Of a DNA stretch of 64,000 nucleotides, positions 19,870 through 29,097 are shown piece by piece. Each line of letters begins with the position of its first letter. Position 1 is the first letter of the stretch. Both the position numbers and the translations under genes were made by a program. The DNA is taken from assembly GCA_031279085.1 (NCBI GenBank), contig JAITJD010000009.1, forward strand, positions 23,763-87,762, in the 5' to 3' direction. The stretch is from Rickettsiales bacterium. GTDB taxonomy: Bacteria > Pseudomonadota > Alphaproteobacteria > Rs-D84. The notes below the pieces were generated by a model that was not told the DNA's origin, searched no databases, and was given only the letters and a program-made list of their open reading frames with translations.

Positions 19870-20598
19870 TTAAAATCGTCCCATTCCGCCATTGATATGA
19901 ATTGCCTGGCCGTTGATGTATCCGGCCTCGTCGCTGGCCAGAAATACGCAGGCGGATGCCACATCTTCCGGTTCGCCGAATCGCCCTGCGGGGATTTGTT
20001 TTAAATAAGCATCTTTCAATTCGTCCGGCAGAACATCCGTCATCGGAGTCTTGATAAACCCGGGCGCGATCGCGTTCGCGGTAATTCCGCGGCTGGCTAC
20101 TTCTGCGGCGATAGATTTCGTCATGGCTATGATTCCGCCCTTTGAGGCGGCATAGTTCGCCTGGCCCGGTCCGCCGATTGCGCCGATGATTGACGCCATG
20201 TTGATAATGCGGCCGAATTTGTTCTTCATCATAGGCATGACGGCCGCGCGGCACAAACGAAAACTTGCGCGCAGGTTTGTGTTTATCACATCGTCGAACT
20301 GCTCGTCGGTCATGCGCATCAAAAGATTATCTTTGGTAATGCCGGCGTTATTGATAAGAATACTGATTTTGCCGGCCTTTTCGATGGTTTTTTTAATCAG
20401 ATCTTCGGCCGTGCCGTCAGCCAGAACATCGGAGGCAATCTTGATGAACGAATCGTCAAAATGATCGCTCAGCTTGGATTCAGACCTTCCTGTGATTACC
20501 ACGATCGCGCCGGCATCCTTCATTTTTTGTGCAATGGCGACTCCTATTCCGCCGGTGGCGCCCGTTATTAATGCGACTTTGTCTTTTAATGAGAACAT
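19870..20598 (-). CDS. fabG: 3-oxoacyl-[acyl-carrier-protein] reductase FabG
   Basis: SDR fold with GATGGIG glycine motif, NAG, and YxxxK as YAASK, 242 aa. Confidence 0.9.
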   Translation of the reverse strand: MFSLKDKVALITGATGGIGVAIAQKMKDAGAIVVITGRSESKLSDHFDDSFIKIASDVLADGTAEDLIKKTIEKAGKISILINNAGITKDNLLMRMTDEQFDDVINTNLRASFRLCRAAVMPMMKNKFGRIINMASIIGAIGGPGQANYAASKGGIIAMTKSIAAEVASRGITANAIAPGFIKTPMTDVLPDELKDAYLKQIPAGRFGEPEDVASACVFLASDEAGYINGQAIHINGGMGRF

Positions 20599-20613
20599 TT
20601 TTATTTCCTTTGT

Positions 20614-21567
20614 TTATATTTCTAATTTTCTTGCCGTCATGCTTGGCTCTATTCTTGTTGTCAAACCCGTCAGTATATTGCCGGGGCCGACCTCGATAGT
20701 TTCCGTAATTCCCAAGGCCGGCATCGCCAAAACCGATTCTCGCCAGCGCACCCCGTGCGTTATCTGATGAACAAGAGCCGATTTTATTTCATCAATATCC
20801 GTCATTGGCGCGCATGTCTTGTTTGAGATTATCGGAACAGTCGGAACGTTCATTTCTATTTCGCCCAGCGCGGCCATCATTTCTTCGGCGACCGGCGCCA
20901 TCAGGCGGGAATGCGGGGGCACGGACAGCGGCAGCGGCATTGCGCGTTTTGCGCCGGCTTCTTTCGCCATGTCCATCGCGCGCTCGATTGCGGGCTTGCT
21001 GCCGGAAATCACAATCTGGCCGGGGGCGTTGTCGTTGGCGATGTCGCATACCGCGTCGCCGCCGGCATCCGCTTCCGCCATTCGGCAGACAGCCGTTAAT
21101 TTCTCAATATCCAGCCCCAGCACGACCGCCATCGCGCCCTGCCCCACGGGAACTGCGCGCTGCATCGCGTCGCCGCGCAGGCGCAAGAGTTTCGCGGTAT
21201 CCGCCAGGGTCAGCGCGCCGGCCGCGCACAATGCGGTGTATTCGCCCAAAGAATGACCGGCGACATAGGGCGATTGAAGATTTGAAATTGGAGATTGATA
21301 GTCGTATCCGTTGTTTTGCAGCCATGCGCGCAGCATCGCGATAGAAACGCACATGATTGCCGGCTGGACATTCGCGGTCAGCGTCAAATCTTCCATCGGG
21401 CCGTTAAAAATAATATCGGACAGCTTTTGATCCAGCGCGTCGTCGACCTCGTCGAATACGCGCCGCGCGGCGTCGAAGTTATCGAAAAGATTCCTGCCCA
21501 TTCCGACGGTTTGGCTGCCCTGGCCCGGAAAAATAAAAATAGACGTCATGCCAAAACTCCTTTGCAC
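20614..21567 (-). CDS. fabD: Malonyl-CoA:ACP transacylase FabD
   Basis: FPGQGSQ and the GHSLGEY active-site motif, 317 aa. Confidence 0.9.
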   Translation of the reverse strand: MQRSFGMTSIFIFPGQGSQTVGMGRNLFDNFDAARRVFDEVDDALDQKLSDIIFNGPMEDLTLTANVQPAIMCVSIAMLRAWLQNNGYDYQSPISNLQSPYVAGHSLGEYTALCAAGALTLADTAKLLRLRGDAMQRAVPVGQGAMAVVLGLDIEKLTAVCRMAEADAGGDAVCDIANDNAPGQIVISGSKPAIERAMDMAKEAGAKRAMPLPLSVPPHSRLMAPVAEEMMAALGEIEMNVPTVPIISNKTCAPMTDIDEIKSALVHQITHGVRWRESVLAMPALGITETIEVGPGNILTGLTTRIEPSMTARKLEI

Positions 21568-21570
21568 AGA

Positions 21571-22146
21571 TTATACTTTGCGAATGCTGAATTCGCAACC
21601 GCAATAATTCTGGCGGTAAAACGATTCGTTATTCAGGATTTCCGACTGCTGTTTTTTATCCCATTCGATAGGCATATACATCAGGCCGGAAATTACGGCG
21701 GCAGCGGCCGCGTCGACCTGGCTTTGGTCTTTATGCCTAGACACGCCCAAGACCGACGCAATCGCGTTGTATCCGTTTTCCAGCGCGAACTTTTGCGCGA
21801 ATTTAAACCGGTGCCGAAAACATTCGGAGCATCGTTTGCCGCGTTCGGGCTCGGATTCCAATCCGCGAATCGCATCCAGCCATTCGTCATGATTATAATT
21901 TCCGACTGCATGCTTCACGCCCATGGATTCGCAGTATTTGATCTGCTCGGCCAGTCGTTTCTGATATTCGGATTCGGGATAAATGTTCGGGTTAAAGAAC
22001 AGGACTATAAAGTCAGAGATTAGGGTCTTTGGTTTTCTATTTCCAATCTCCAATCTCTGGCATCCGGTCCTCAGCTGCTTGATAGCGCCGCACGAACACG
22101 GCGCGCAGCAGGACAGCAATACAAGCCGTATCGTCTTATATCTCAC
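21571..22146 (-). CDS. queH: Epoxyqueuosine reductase QueH (DUF208 family), probable
   Basis: Conserved Cys pattern LLSCCAPCS, FFNPNIYP, CSECFRHR and YCGCEF typical of the DUF208/QueH family, 191 aa. There is a 4-nt overlap with the metG stop. Confidence 0.6.
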   Translation of the reverse strand: MRYKTIRLVLLSCCAPCSCGAIKQLRTGCQRLEIGNRKPKTLISDFIVLFFNPNIYPESEYQKRLAEQIKYCESMGVKHAVGNYNHDEWLDAIRGLESEPERGKRCSECFRHRFKFAQKFALENGYNAIASVLGVSRHKDQSQVDAAAAAVISGLMYMPIEWDKKQQSEILNNESFYRQNYCGCEFSIRKV

Positions 22147-24143
22147 ATCTTAAACTCTTCGCCTATTTTGGAATTTTCGGGCAGTTCGACAATTATTTCG
22201 TGATCCTCGCCGATGCCCAGTTCGTCCGCGGCGCACATCATGCCGTTCGATAAGACTCCGCGCACTTTGCGCGCGGTCAATGTCAAGTCGGCAGCAGGCA
22301 AATTCGCACCAGGCTTCGCCCATACGCCGACCAGTCCGACGCGCACATTCGGCGCGCCGCATACAACGGTTTGCGGCTTGCCGGCGCCATCATCGACAGT
22401 CAGGACATGCAGATGATCGGAATCGGGGTGAGGTTCGACCGTCAGTATCTTTGCAATCACGACCTTAGGTGTTTTTTTAGTATACTTTTCAACCATTGCG
22501 TTAACTTTATCATCGTCGATTCGTTCGAATAAATTTTCCGGCACGATAAATTCCGCGCCGTCTGCAATGCGGCGCTCGTACCTATCGGGCCATGACAAAT
22601 CGCGAGATGTAGGGCGCCGGAATATGTCCAGCATCTTATTTGCAGTTGTCGGAATAAACGGCGCGGCCGTGCGGGCATAGAAGTCAATTAGCTGGAAACA
22701 TTCGTTCAGTACTGCGCCCGCGCGTTTCAAATCGCCGTTTTTAATCAATGCCCAAGGTTCCGCCCTGGTCATGAATTCATTGCCAAGCGCCCACAATCCG
22801 CGCAACGCGGAAATCGCGTTGCGGAATTCGCAAGCCTCCAACGCGGCTGTCAGCTCGGCCAGTTTTGCGTTGACATCAGCATCGATATCGAATGCGCCCT
22901 GCCCTGCATTTGGCACCGACGCGCCGAAATTCTTTTCAGTCATTTTGCACACGCGCGAAACGAAATTTCCCAGCATTCCGTTCAGGTCTTTGTTCACGAT
23001 ATCCGCAAAGCGCCGTATGGTAAAGTCGGTGTCGTCCGTTTCCGGCGCCGATGCCATCAAGGCATAGCGCCACGCGTCGCTGGGGGCGTCGCGTATGGCG
23101 TCTTCCAAAAATATTCCGTTGCCGGTGGATTTGGAAATCTTGTTTCCTTCAAAGTTCAGAAAACTCAGCGCTTTCAGCAAATCAACCTTTTTCCATTCGT
23201 CGTCCAGGGCAATTTCCTGGCCGGGAAAAAACATAGAGTGGAATTTTATGTTGTCCTTGCCCATAAATTGCACATAGTGGCAGTTTTCTCCGCCATGCCA
23301 CCAATCCGCCCAGTTTTTATTCGCAGCTTGGGATATTGAAACATATCCCCACGGCGCGTCGAACCAGACATAAAAGACTTTGTTTTCATAGCCCGGTTTG
23401 TTTACCGGAATTCCCCACGAAAGGTCGCGCGTCACAGATGGGTCTGGTATTTCTTCGGTCAGATATTTTTTTGTCGCGGCGATTGCGCCGCGCGGCCAGC
23501 CGTTTTTTTCCATATTGTCGGCCAGCCACCGTTCCAGCTGCGGCTTTATCTTGTGCGCCAGATAAAACAGATTTTTCGTAGGGCGCATTTCAACCGGCCC
23601 GCCGGTGGCGGATGACCGCGGATTTATCAGCTCGTTTGGCTCGTACACAGCATAGCATTGGTCGCATTGGTCGCCGCGCGCGTTTTCGTATCCGCATTTC
23701 GGGCATGTGCCTTCTATCTGCCGGTCCGCCAGAAACATTTTGTCTTTGACGCCGTATGGCTGCAAGGTTTCCCGTTCTTCTATAAATCCGCCGGAATCCA
23801 GTCTGGAAAAAAGGCTTTGAACCAGCCGTTGCTGAAATTTTGTGTGCGTGCGGCCGTATCCGCCGTCAAATGACATATCGAAATCCTGCATGGACTTTTC
23901 ATGCAGCGCGCGGTACTTGTCCACATAGTCTTCGACCGACAGATTCTCTTTTTTCGCGCCGACGATTGACGCTGTGCCGTGATCGTCGGAACCGCACACA
24001 AAAAGAACATTTTCGGCCCCGTATTTGGCGCGTGTGAACCGCGCGTAAATGTCCGACGGCAGAAAACAGCCGACCATATGCCCGATGTGCAGAAAATTGT
24101 TCACATAAGGCAATGCGGACGTTATCAGGAATTTCTTTTTCAT
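22143..24143 (-). CDS. metG: Methionine--tRNA ligase
   Basis: HIGH as FLHIGHMVG, KMSKS as KISKSTGN, zinc knuckle CPKCG...CDQC, C-terminal EMAP/Trbp111-like tRNA-binding domain (VVCGAPNVRVG), 666 aa. Confidence 0.93.
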   Translation of the reverse strand: MKKKFLITSALPYVNNFLHIGHMVGCFLPSDIYARFTRAKYGAENVLFVCGSDDHGTASIVGAKKENLSVEDYVDKYRALHEKSMQDFDMSFDGGYGRTHTKFQQRLVQSLFSRLDSGGFIEERETLQPYGVKDKMFLADRQIEGTCPKCGYENARGDQCDQCYAVYEPNELINPRSSATGGPVEMRPTKNLFYLAHKIKPQLERWLADNMEKNGWPRGAIAATKKYLTEEIPDPSVTRDLSWGIPVNKPGYENKVFYVWFDAPWGYVSISQAANKNWADWWHGGENCHYVQFMGKDNIKFHSMFFPGQEIALDDEWKKVDLLKALSFLNFEGNKISKSTGNGIFLEDAIRDAPSDAWRYALMASAPETDDTDFTIRRFADIVNKDLNGMLGNFVSRVCKMTEKNFGASVPNAGQGAFDIDADVNAKLAELTAALEACEFRNAISALRGLWALGNEFMTRAEPWALIKNGDLKRAGAVLNECFQLIDFYARTAAPFIPTTANKMLDIFRRPTSRDLSWPDRYERRIADGAEFIVPENLFERIDDDKVNAMVEKYTKKTPKVVIAKILTVEPHPDSDHLHVLTVDDGAGKPQTVVCGAPNVRVGLVGVWAKPGANLPAADLTLTARKVRGVLSNGMMCAADELGIGEDHEIIVELPENSKIGEEFKM

Positions 24144-24317
24144 AAAAAGCCTCGCTTTATTTTAAATGAGAGTGTAGATGGTAAATCATATAGTGTAAAC
24201 AAAAAAGTACAAGAGGATATTATGCGCGCCCGCGCATCATTCGGCCAGAGAAAATAAAAAGTTTGTATGTCATTTTGGTCTGTTGCCCCCTATCCGAAAT
24301 GTCAAGGACGCGAAATG

Positions 24318-24395
24318 TGGTGGGTGATATTGGGCTCGAACCAACGACCTTTACGATGTCAACGTAACGCTCTAGCCAACTGAGCTAATCACCCA
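24318..24395 (-). tRNA. tRNA-Val (anticodon GAC)
   Basis: On the minus strand the sequence GGGTGATTAGCTCAGTTGGCTAGAGCGTTACGTTGACATCGTAAAGGTCGTTGGTTCGAGCCCAATATCACCCACCA folds as a cloverleaf with a 7-bp acceptor stem and anticodon loop TTGACAT. The CCA end is encoded. Confidence 0.85.
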
Positions 24396-24479
24396 TGCGA
24401 CCCAGATTATAACAAAGCCGAAAATAATTGCAAATAATTTGTATGCGGATTCGGTCAAACGCCCGTCGCCGCAGTATTT

Positions 24480-25028
24480 TTATTTTGCCGGCGCGATAAT
24501 TATTGATTTTGTTTTCTCGTCCGGCCTGGACTTGCTTTCCAAAGAGCCTTTGTCCCCGATAATCGCGATTATTCGGGAAAATAATTCAGGAACAATTTCC
24601 TTGCCCTGCGCCAGAACAAGCTTTGGCCCGTGGGTCATGACCGCGATTTTGACCTTGTCGCCGTTTTCCAGGAATTCGAAGACTTTCTTCATTTTGATAT
24701 TCAAATCATTGTCTTCGATGAAAGGCTTTACCCAGACCTCTTTCATTTCCGTGTTTTTTTGATTCTTGCGCGCTTCGTTGGCTTTCTTTTTCTGTTCGTA
24801 TTTGAATTTTCCATAATCCATGATTTTTACAATCGGCGGCATTGACGTCGCATTGATTTCAACCATGTCCAGCCCGTCGGAAACTGCCATTTGCAACGCC
24901 TGCGGCGTTGGCATTATGCCCAGATTCTGGCCGGTGCTGCTGATTACTTGAACGCTTTTTGCAAAGATTTTATTGTTTATGCGGGGGCCGAGGTCCCTAC
25001 GCGCATCACGATTAAATATAGGTTTAAT
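24480..25028 (-). CDS. infC: Translation initiation factor IF-3, with a non-canonical AUU start codon
   Basis: C-terminal domain PPIVKIMDYGKFKYEQKKK. The reading frame extends upstream of the first ATG with IF-3 N-domain sequence (RINNKIFAKSVQVISSTGQNLGIM). ATT AAA at 25028-25023 is preceded by SD aaggag 7 nt upstream, mirroring the autoregulated AUU start of E. coli infC. Confidence 0.8.
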   Translation of the reverse strand: MKPIFNRDARRDLGPRINNKIFAKSVQVISSTGQNLGIMPTPQALQMAVSDGLDMVEINATSMPPIVKIMDYGKFKYEQKKKANEARKNQKNTEMKEVWVKPFIEDNDLNIKMKKVFEFLENGDKVKIAVMTHGPKLVLAQGKEIVPELFSRIIAIIGDKGSLESKSRPDEKTKSIIIAPAK

Positions 25029-25083
25029 TGTAAGCTCCTTAATGTAAATTCAAGGAATATTATTAAATATATTTTGCAGATTT

Positions 25084-25848
25084 TCAACAAGTTTCGAGAA
25101 ACGCGGCCAGTTTTTGCAACGCGCTCCATACATCTTTTTTGCTATCCGGTTTCAACAGAAGGTAATTTGGGTGGAAAATCGGAATTATGAATTTGCAGAA
25201 ATCCATGTTCTGCAAACATGCTCCATGATCTTTCGGCAGCCTTGCGCCGGCTATTTCGATTGCGGCCAAAGTGCCCAGGGTCAGTATTGCTTTCGGATTC
25301 GCCAAAGATAAGGCTTTTTCTAAAAAGGGCTTTGTCAAATCAAGCTCTTCCCTGGTCGGCGTCCGCCCGCCCGGGCTGCGCCAAAATACAAGCGGCATGA
25401 TTGAAACCGTGTCGCGGCTGAGATTTATGGCCGCCAGCATCTTGTCCATTAATTCGCCGCCGGCGCCGGTAAGAATTTGCCCGCTGTCGTCGTCGTCAGC
25501 GGACGGCATGTCCGTGATTATCAGCAATTTGTCTTGACCGGGTGTTTTTGCAAAATGAGGCGGAACCACATTCTGCGCGAATTGTTTCAACGGGTGATTG
25601 AAGTTTATAATGGCGTCCGACAAATTTTGCAATGAATCGGCGCCGCCGGCCGCGTCTTGCGCGGCGGATAGACTGACGGGCGCCGCCGCCGGAACGGATG
25701 CGGGAGCGTGCGCGGGTTTTTCTTTCTGGCGACTTTTATGAGAATTGTTCTTTTCTGGCGGCGGCGCGGCGAACGCGCTTTCTTCCTTCAATTCCCAATT
25801 TATCGCGGACAGAGCCAAATCGCGCAAAGAATATAATAATAAAGACAT
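25084..25848 (-). CDS. Uracil-DNA glycosylase, family 4, with a low-complexity Ala/Pro-rich N-terminal extension of about 110 aa
   Basis: C-terminal UDG-4 fold (LLIITDMPSADDD, GQILTGAGGELMDKML, IFHPNYLL). The N-terminal extension contains AAPPPEK...PAHAPASVPAAAPVS. Confidence 0.7.
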   Translation of the reverse strand: MSLLLYSLRDLALSAINWELKEESAFAAPPPEKNNSHKSRQKEKPAHAPASVPAAAPVSLSAAQDAAGGADSLQNLSDAIINFNHPLKQFAQNVVPPHFAKTPGQDKLLIITDMPSADDDDSGQILTGAGGELMDKMLAAINLSRDTVSIMPLVFWRSPGGRTPTREELDLTKPFLEKALSLANPKAILTLGTLAAIEIAGARLPKDHGACLQNMDFCKFIIPIFHPNYLLLKPDSKKDVWSALQKLAAFLETC

Positions 25849-26119
25849 TTATGACACTTGGGCTAACATAATTCAACACATTGCGGAAAGGTTGCAAAAT
25901 TCGCGGCTTGCGTTCAAGCAAAATCTTTGATTCGTGATTTCAATGTTGTTGGATTGATGGCGATAAAAAACTTCTTAAATATTTGATAGTTTTCCTATCG
26001 GGGGGCAAAATCGCAAGAATTCGCGCCATTAAAGTAAAATTTTTGTATTTTTTCTTGATTTTATCAATATTTTGGTATAAACTAAAAAAACAAGCAACAA
26101 AATATAAGGGGGTGTTTTA

Positions 26120-26536
26120 ATGAAAGTTAAAAATTTTGCAATCTTGGCTGGTATTGTCGGATTGTTGGCCGCTTGCCGTGGGTCAAATATCGTAGAGCCG
26201 GCTGATATGAACGGCCAGAAAGTTTTCTTTGCGTTTGATTCCGCGGAAATTTCCGAAGAAGCGCGCGACAACCTGCTGGGTCAGTCGTTATATCTGAAAA
26301 ATCATTCGGATACGAAAATCCAAATCGCCGGAAATTGTGATGAGCGTGGATCAACCGAATACAATCTGGCATTGGGCGCGCGGCGCGCGAATTCCGCAAA
26401 ATCCGTCATTGTGAAAGACGGCGTCGATGCAAAGCGCATATCGACTATTTCTTATGGCAAGGAACGTCCGTTTGCGACCGGAACCGGCGAAGCCGTTTGG
26501 AAGCAGAACAGAAACGCGACCACAACCGTCAAATAA
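26120..26536 (+). CDS. pal: Peptidoglycan-associated lipoprotein (OmpA-family C-terminal domain)
   Basis: Lipobox LLAAC after a signal peptide. OmpA-like domain with FAFDSAEI, NCDERGSTEYNLALGARRA and SYGKERP, 138 aa. Confidence 0.8.
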   Translation: MKVKNFAILAGIVGLLAACRGSNIVEPADMNGQKVFFAFDSAEISEEARDNLLGQSLYLKNHSDTKIQIAGNCDERGSTEYNLALGARRANSAKSVIVKDGVDAKRISTISYGKERPFATGTGEAVWKQNRNATTTVK

Positions 26537-26540
26537 TAAA

Positions 26541-26566
26541 AAGCCGGCAATCGCCGGCTTTTTTGT
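26541..26566 (+). terminator. Rho-independent terminator after pal
   Basis: agccggc-aatc-gccggct followed by T6. Confidence 0.6.
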
Positions 26567-26604
26567 TATTAATAAATGCGCCGCCTGATCCGGGCGGCGC
26601 GTTC

Positions 26605-27201
26605 TTATATTATATTTTTGCAAATATGCCCGCAGCGAACGCCGGTGTGGCAGAAGATTTTGTATCCGGCCTTGCGGGCCTCATCGCAAAAGAAAAGATC
26701 TTCGCTAAGCACGTACCCGTTGTCATAATTTATATACCGGAACCATGTCTTTGTCGGCATAGCGCGGAACACGTCCGTTTTTATAAGGGCGCAGCCCATT
26801 CCGCCGCCCCTGATCTCCATGACCATGTCTTCTGGCAGCTGACTTATGCTTATGTTGGTTTCGTTCGTATAATCCGTTTCGGACATGCGGAATAATTCTG
26901 TCTGGCCGCTGCTTGAAAACTTGCGCGGATACCATCCCAAGATTATATCTTTTCCGGCGGCAAAAAGCTTTACCAAGGCGTCGCACGGAAGGATATTGTC
27001 CGAATCCGTCATCAAAACATAGTCGAATTCATCGCCTATCGCCCGCTGTGCTATCTGGTTTCTTGCGCGGGCGCAATCATATCCGCGCACAAAATCAAAA
27101 TATATGCATGAATTTTCCAGATGATGCAAAAACCACAAGGACTTGAAGCAGTCGGGCTCTATGTTTTCAAAAGTCGGCACCGCGATAAGAACTTTCAGCA
27201 T
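26605..27201 (-). CDS. Putative glycosyltransferase (GT-A-like, DxD motif)
   Basis: 198 aa; LMTDSDNILP (DxD) and a Cys/His-rich core. Family assignment is uncertain. Confidence 0.45.
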   Translation of the reverse strand: MLKVLIAVPTFENIEPDCFKSLWFLHHLENSCIYFDFVRGYDCARARNQIAQRAIGDEFDYVLMTDSDNILPCDALVKLFAAGKDIILGWYPRKFSSSGQTELFRMSETDYTNETNISISQLPEDMVMEIRGGGMGCALIKTDVFRAMPTKTWFRYINYDNGYVLSEDLFFCDEARKAGYKIFCHTGVRCGHICKNII

Positions 27202-28217
27202 ATTCCACCTTTTTAAACTGAGCTGTATTATATTCGGAATCTTAAATACGACAAAGTTCGAATTGGTCTATAATATAACAAAAACCATGTTGCAAAATTG
27301 GCTGCTCAGAGTAGAAAATAGGCGGAAAAATATGATTCAGAAGTTCAAAATAAAATCTGAAAAAATCAGCTCCGCAAAAACACAGCGCGGCAATATATAC
27401 CTGTAATTTAAAATGCGGTCTTACCAGACAGGCTGAAATCCGCGTAATTCCCCGTATTTTTTTACCGGCATTCAGGAACCGCGATCAAATTTCTGATAGG
27501 GTTCTTTTTTTGTCTTGCATGATTTGATGACATTTTCTTACATATTTCGGAATTGAAATTTTTGTATATCAATATTGATTGAAAGACAATTTTCCGTCGC
27601 GGTCAATAATTCTTTTTTGATAAAAACAGACAACTGGTATCTTATGTTTGCGAGGCGGAAAATGCATGTATGCATTTGCAGATTTTTGACATCAAAAACA
27701 TATTTGAATAATGTTTTGTTAATTAATAAAAAATCAATTCTTTTGGCTTGCGATTTTTTAAAGCAACTGTTTGCGGGCCGAGTTTTTTATTCATCCGACC
27801 CGTATTTTTGGAAGATGATGGCAAGACCGTTAGTGCGTTTGAAAAGTAAGCGCTGAAAAAAGCTATTGGGTCGGTTTGCAAATGCCGCCGGATAAAAAAT
27901 TTTTTGCAAAATATCAGCCTGTTATAGTTTTGCGCTAAAAGATATGATAATAAAAAACTAACGAAAACACCGGCATTGTCTAAGGTTTATTTGCTAAATA
28001 TGGCGGTTTCCTAGTGTTTTTTATAATTCCGGCCATAAAATCTTGCAAAAAGGCCGGTAAAATAACATCTTTGCAAGGAAAAATGTTGTTTTACAGCACG
28101 GCGGTATAGTTTCTGATATAAAAATGGTCAAAAAGGCCGGCAAAAAATAAATTTTCATGTGAAACAGCCGGTATTTTGTTGTTTTGATTTAATTTTTAAA
28201 AACGACTATTAGTCGTT

Positions 28218-29081
28218 TTATATTTTCATTTTTGATTTCATTTCAATCAAAACCGGCATAGAGATATTTTTATCAGCAGCTCTGTTAATCAAGCTATTTA
28301 ATGCTTGAATTCCTTCAATTGTTCCGGTGATTTCCGTATTTGTTGCGATTGCAACGCCGGCCGAGTAATTGCGGCTAGTTTTTGATGTCGCTGATAAAAA
28401 CAAGTCCCCTATTCCGCATAATCCAAGGAAACTATCGATTTTTGCGCCCGATGCAAGCCCTAAATTAACGACTTCATTCCAAGCACGGGTAAAAATCAGC
28501 GCCTTTTCGTTTTCACCGCTTGCCTTTATGCTGGAATAGCCGGAAATCAGCGCAATGGCATTCTTTCCGATTCCGCAAATTTCTGTCCCGATTATATCAT
28601 CTGAAATTTCCAAATATAATTTATTCAATATATGTTTCCCGATGTCGACAGCGGCGGCAGTGCCGGCCAATGTGCTGCCGGTTGGCAGGCCTTGGGCGAC
28701 TTCTTTCGCAAACTGCGGGCCGGATAATACGCCAAAATCAAGGCATTCTGGCAATTCTTCCGCAAGTATTTCGGACATAATTTTATCACTGGCCGGCTCC
28801 ATTCCTTTTGTGCAGATAATTACCGGCTTTCCCCGATAAAAATCATGACTTTTCTGCAAGGTTTTGCGAAAATGAGCCGCCGGCGTCGAAACCAGCCAAA
28901 CATCAGCGGCCGAGAGTTTTTTTATTTCTTTTGTGATTTTAATTTTGATTGGCATATTTACGCCGTCGAATTCGGCATAGCTACCATCATAAGACCATAA
29001 TATTACATCATTGCCGGCTTTTTCTGCTATAATTGCAAGCGCCGTGCCCCATGCCCCCGCGCCAAGAATTCCGGCAATCAT
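28218..29081 (-). CDS. gpsA: Glycerol-3-phosphate dehydrogenase [NAD(P)+]
   Basis: N-terminal Rossmann GILGAGAWGTALA, GPQFAKEVAQGLPT (GPSFA-like), a short 287-aa form. Confidence 0.75.
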   Translation of the reverse strand: MIAGILGAGAWGTALAIIAEKAGNDVILWSYDGSYAEFDGVNMPIKIKITKEIKKLSAADVWLVSTPAAHFRKTLQKSHDFYRGKPVIICTKGMEPASDKIMSEILAEELPECLDFGVLSGPQFAKEVAQGLPTGSTLAGTAAAVDIGKHILNKLYLEISDDIIGTEICGIGKNAIALISGYSSIKASGENEKALIFTRAWNEVVNLGLASGAKIDSFLGLCGIGDLFLSATSKTSRNYSAGVAIATNTEITGTIEGIQALNSLINRAADKNISMPVLIEMKSKMKI

Positions 29082-29097
29082 TTTGCGTTCCTTTCAG

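Noticed and set aside
18183-19964. Long-form mnmG ORF starting at 19964 with 40 extra N-terminal residues
   Set aside because: It would overlap the fabG coding region (19870-20598) by 95 nt on the same strand. An internal ATG at 19844 directly precedes the FAD-binding motif and leaves a 25-nt spacer.
20792-21352. Several 80-180 aa ORFs, both same-strand and antisense, inside fabD with Arg/Pro/Ala-rich translations
   Set aside because: These are alternative-frame and antisense artefacts of a high-GC coding region. fabD itself has clear catalytic motifs.
27143-27856. ORFs 27143-27406 (87 aa) and 27575-27856 (93 aa) in the gene-free region
   Set aside because: They have no SD, their translations are low-complexity Lys/Ile/Phe-rich as expected for AT-rich non-coding DNA, and the first overlaps the glycosyltransferase start.
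27900-28180. Recurring aaaaaggccgg motifs, checked as a possible CRISPR array
   Set aside because: The repeats are short, imperfect and irregularly spaced, and there are no cas genes. This is not a CRISPR array.
28196-28220. Perfect hairpin aaaacgacta-tt-agtcgtttt as a gpsA terminator
   Set aside because: The 3-prime arm overlaps the gpsA stop codon, and the minus-strand downstream run is only TTTAAAAATT. This is ambiguous, so it was left as a structural note only.
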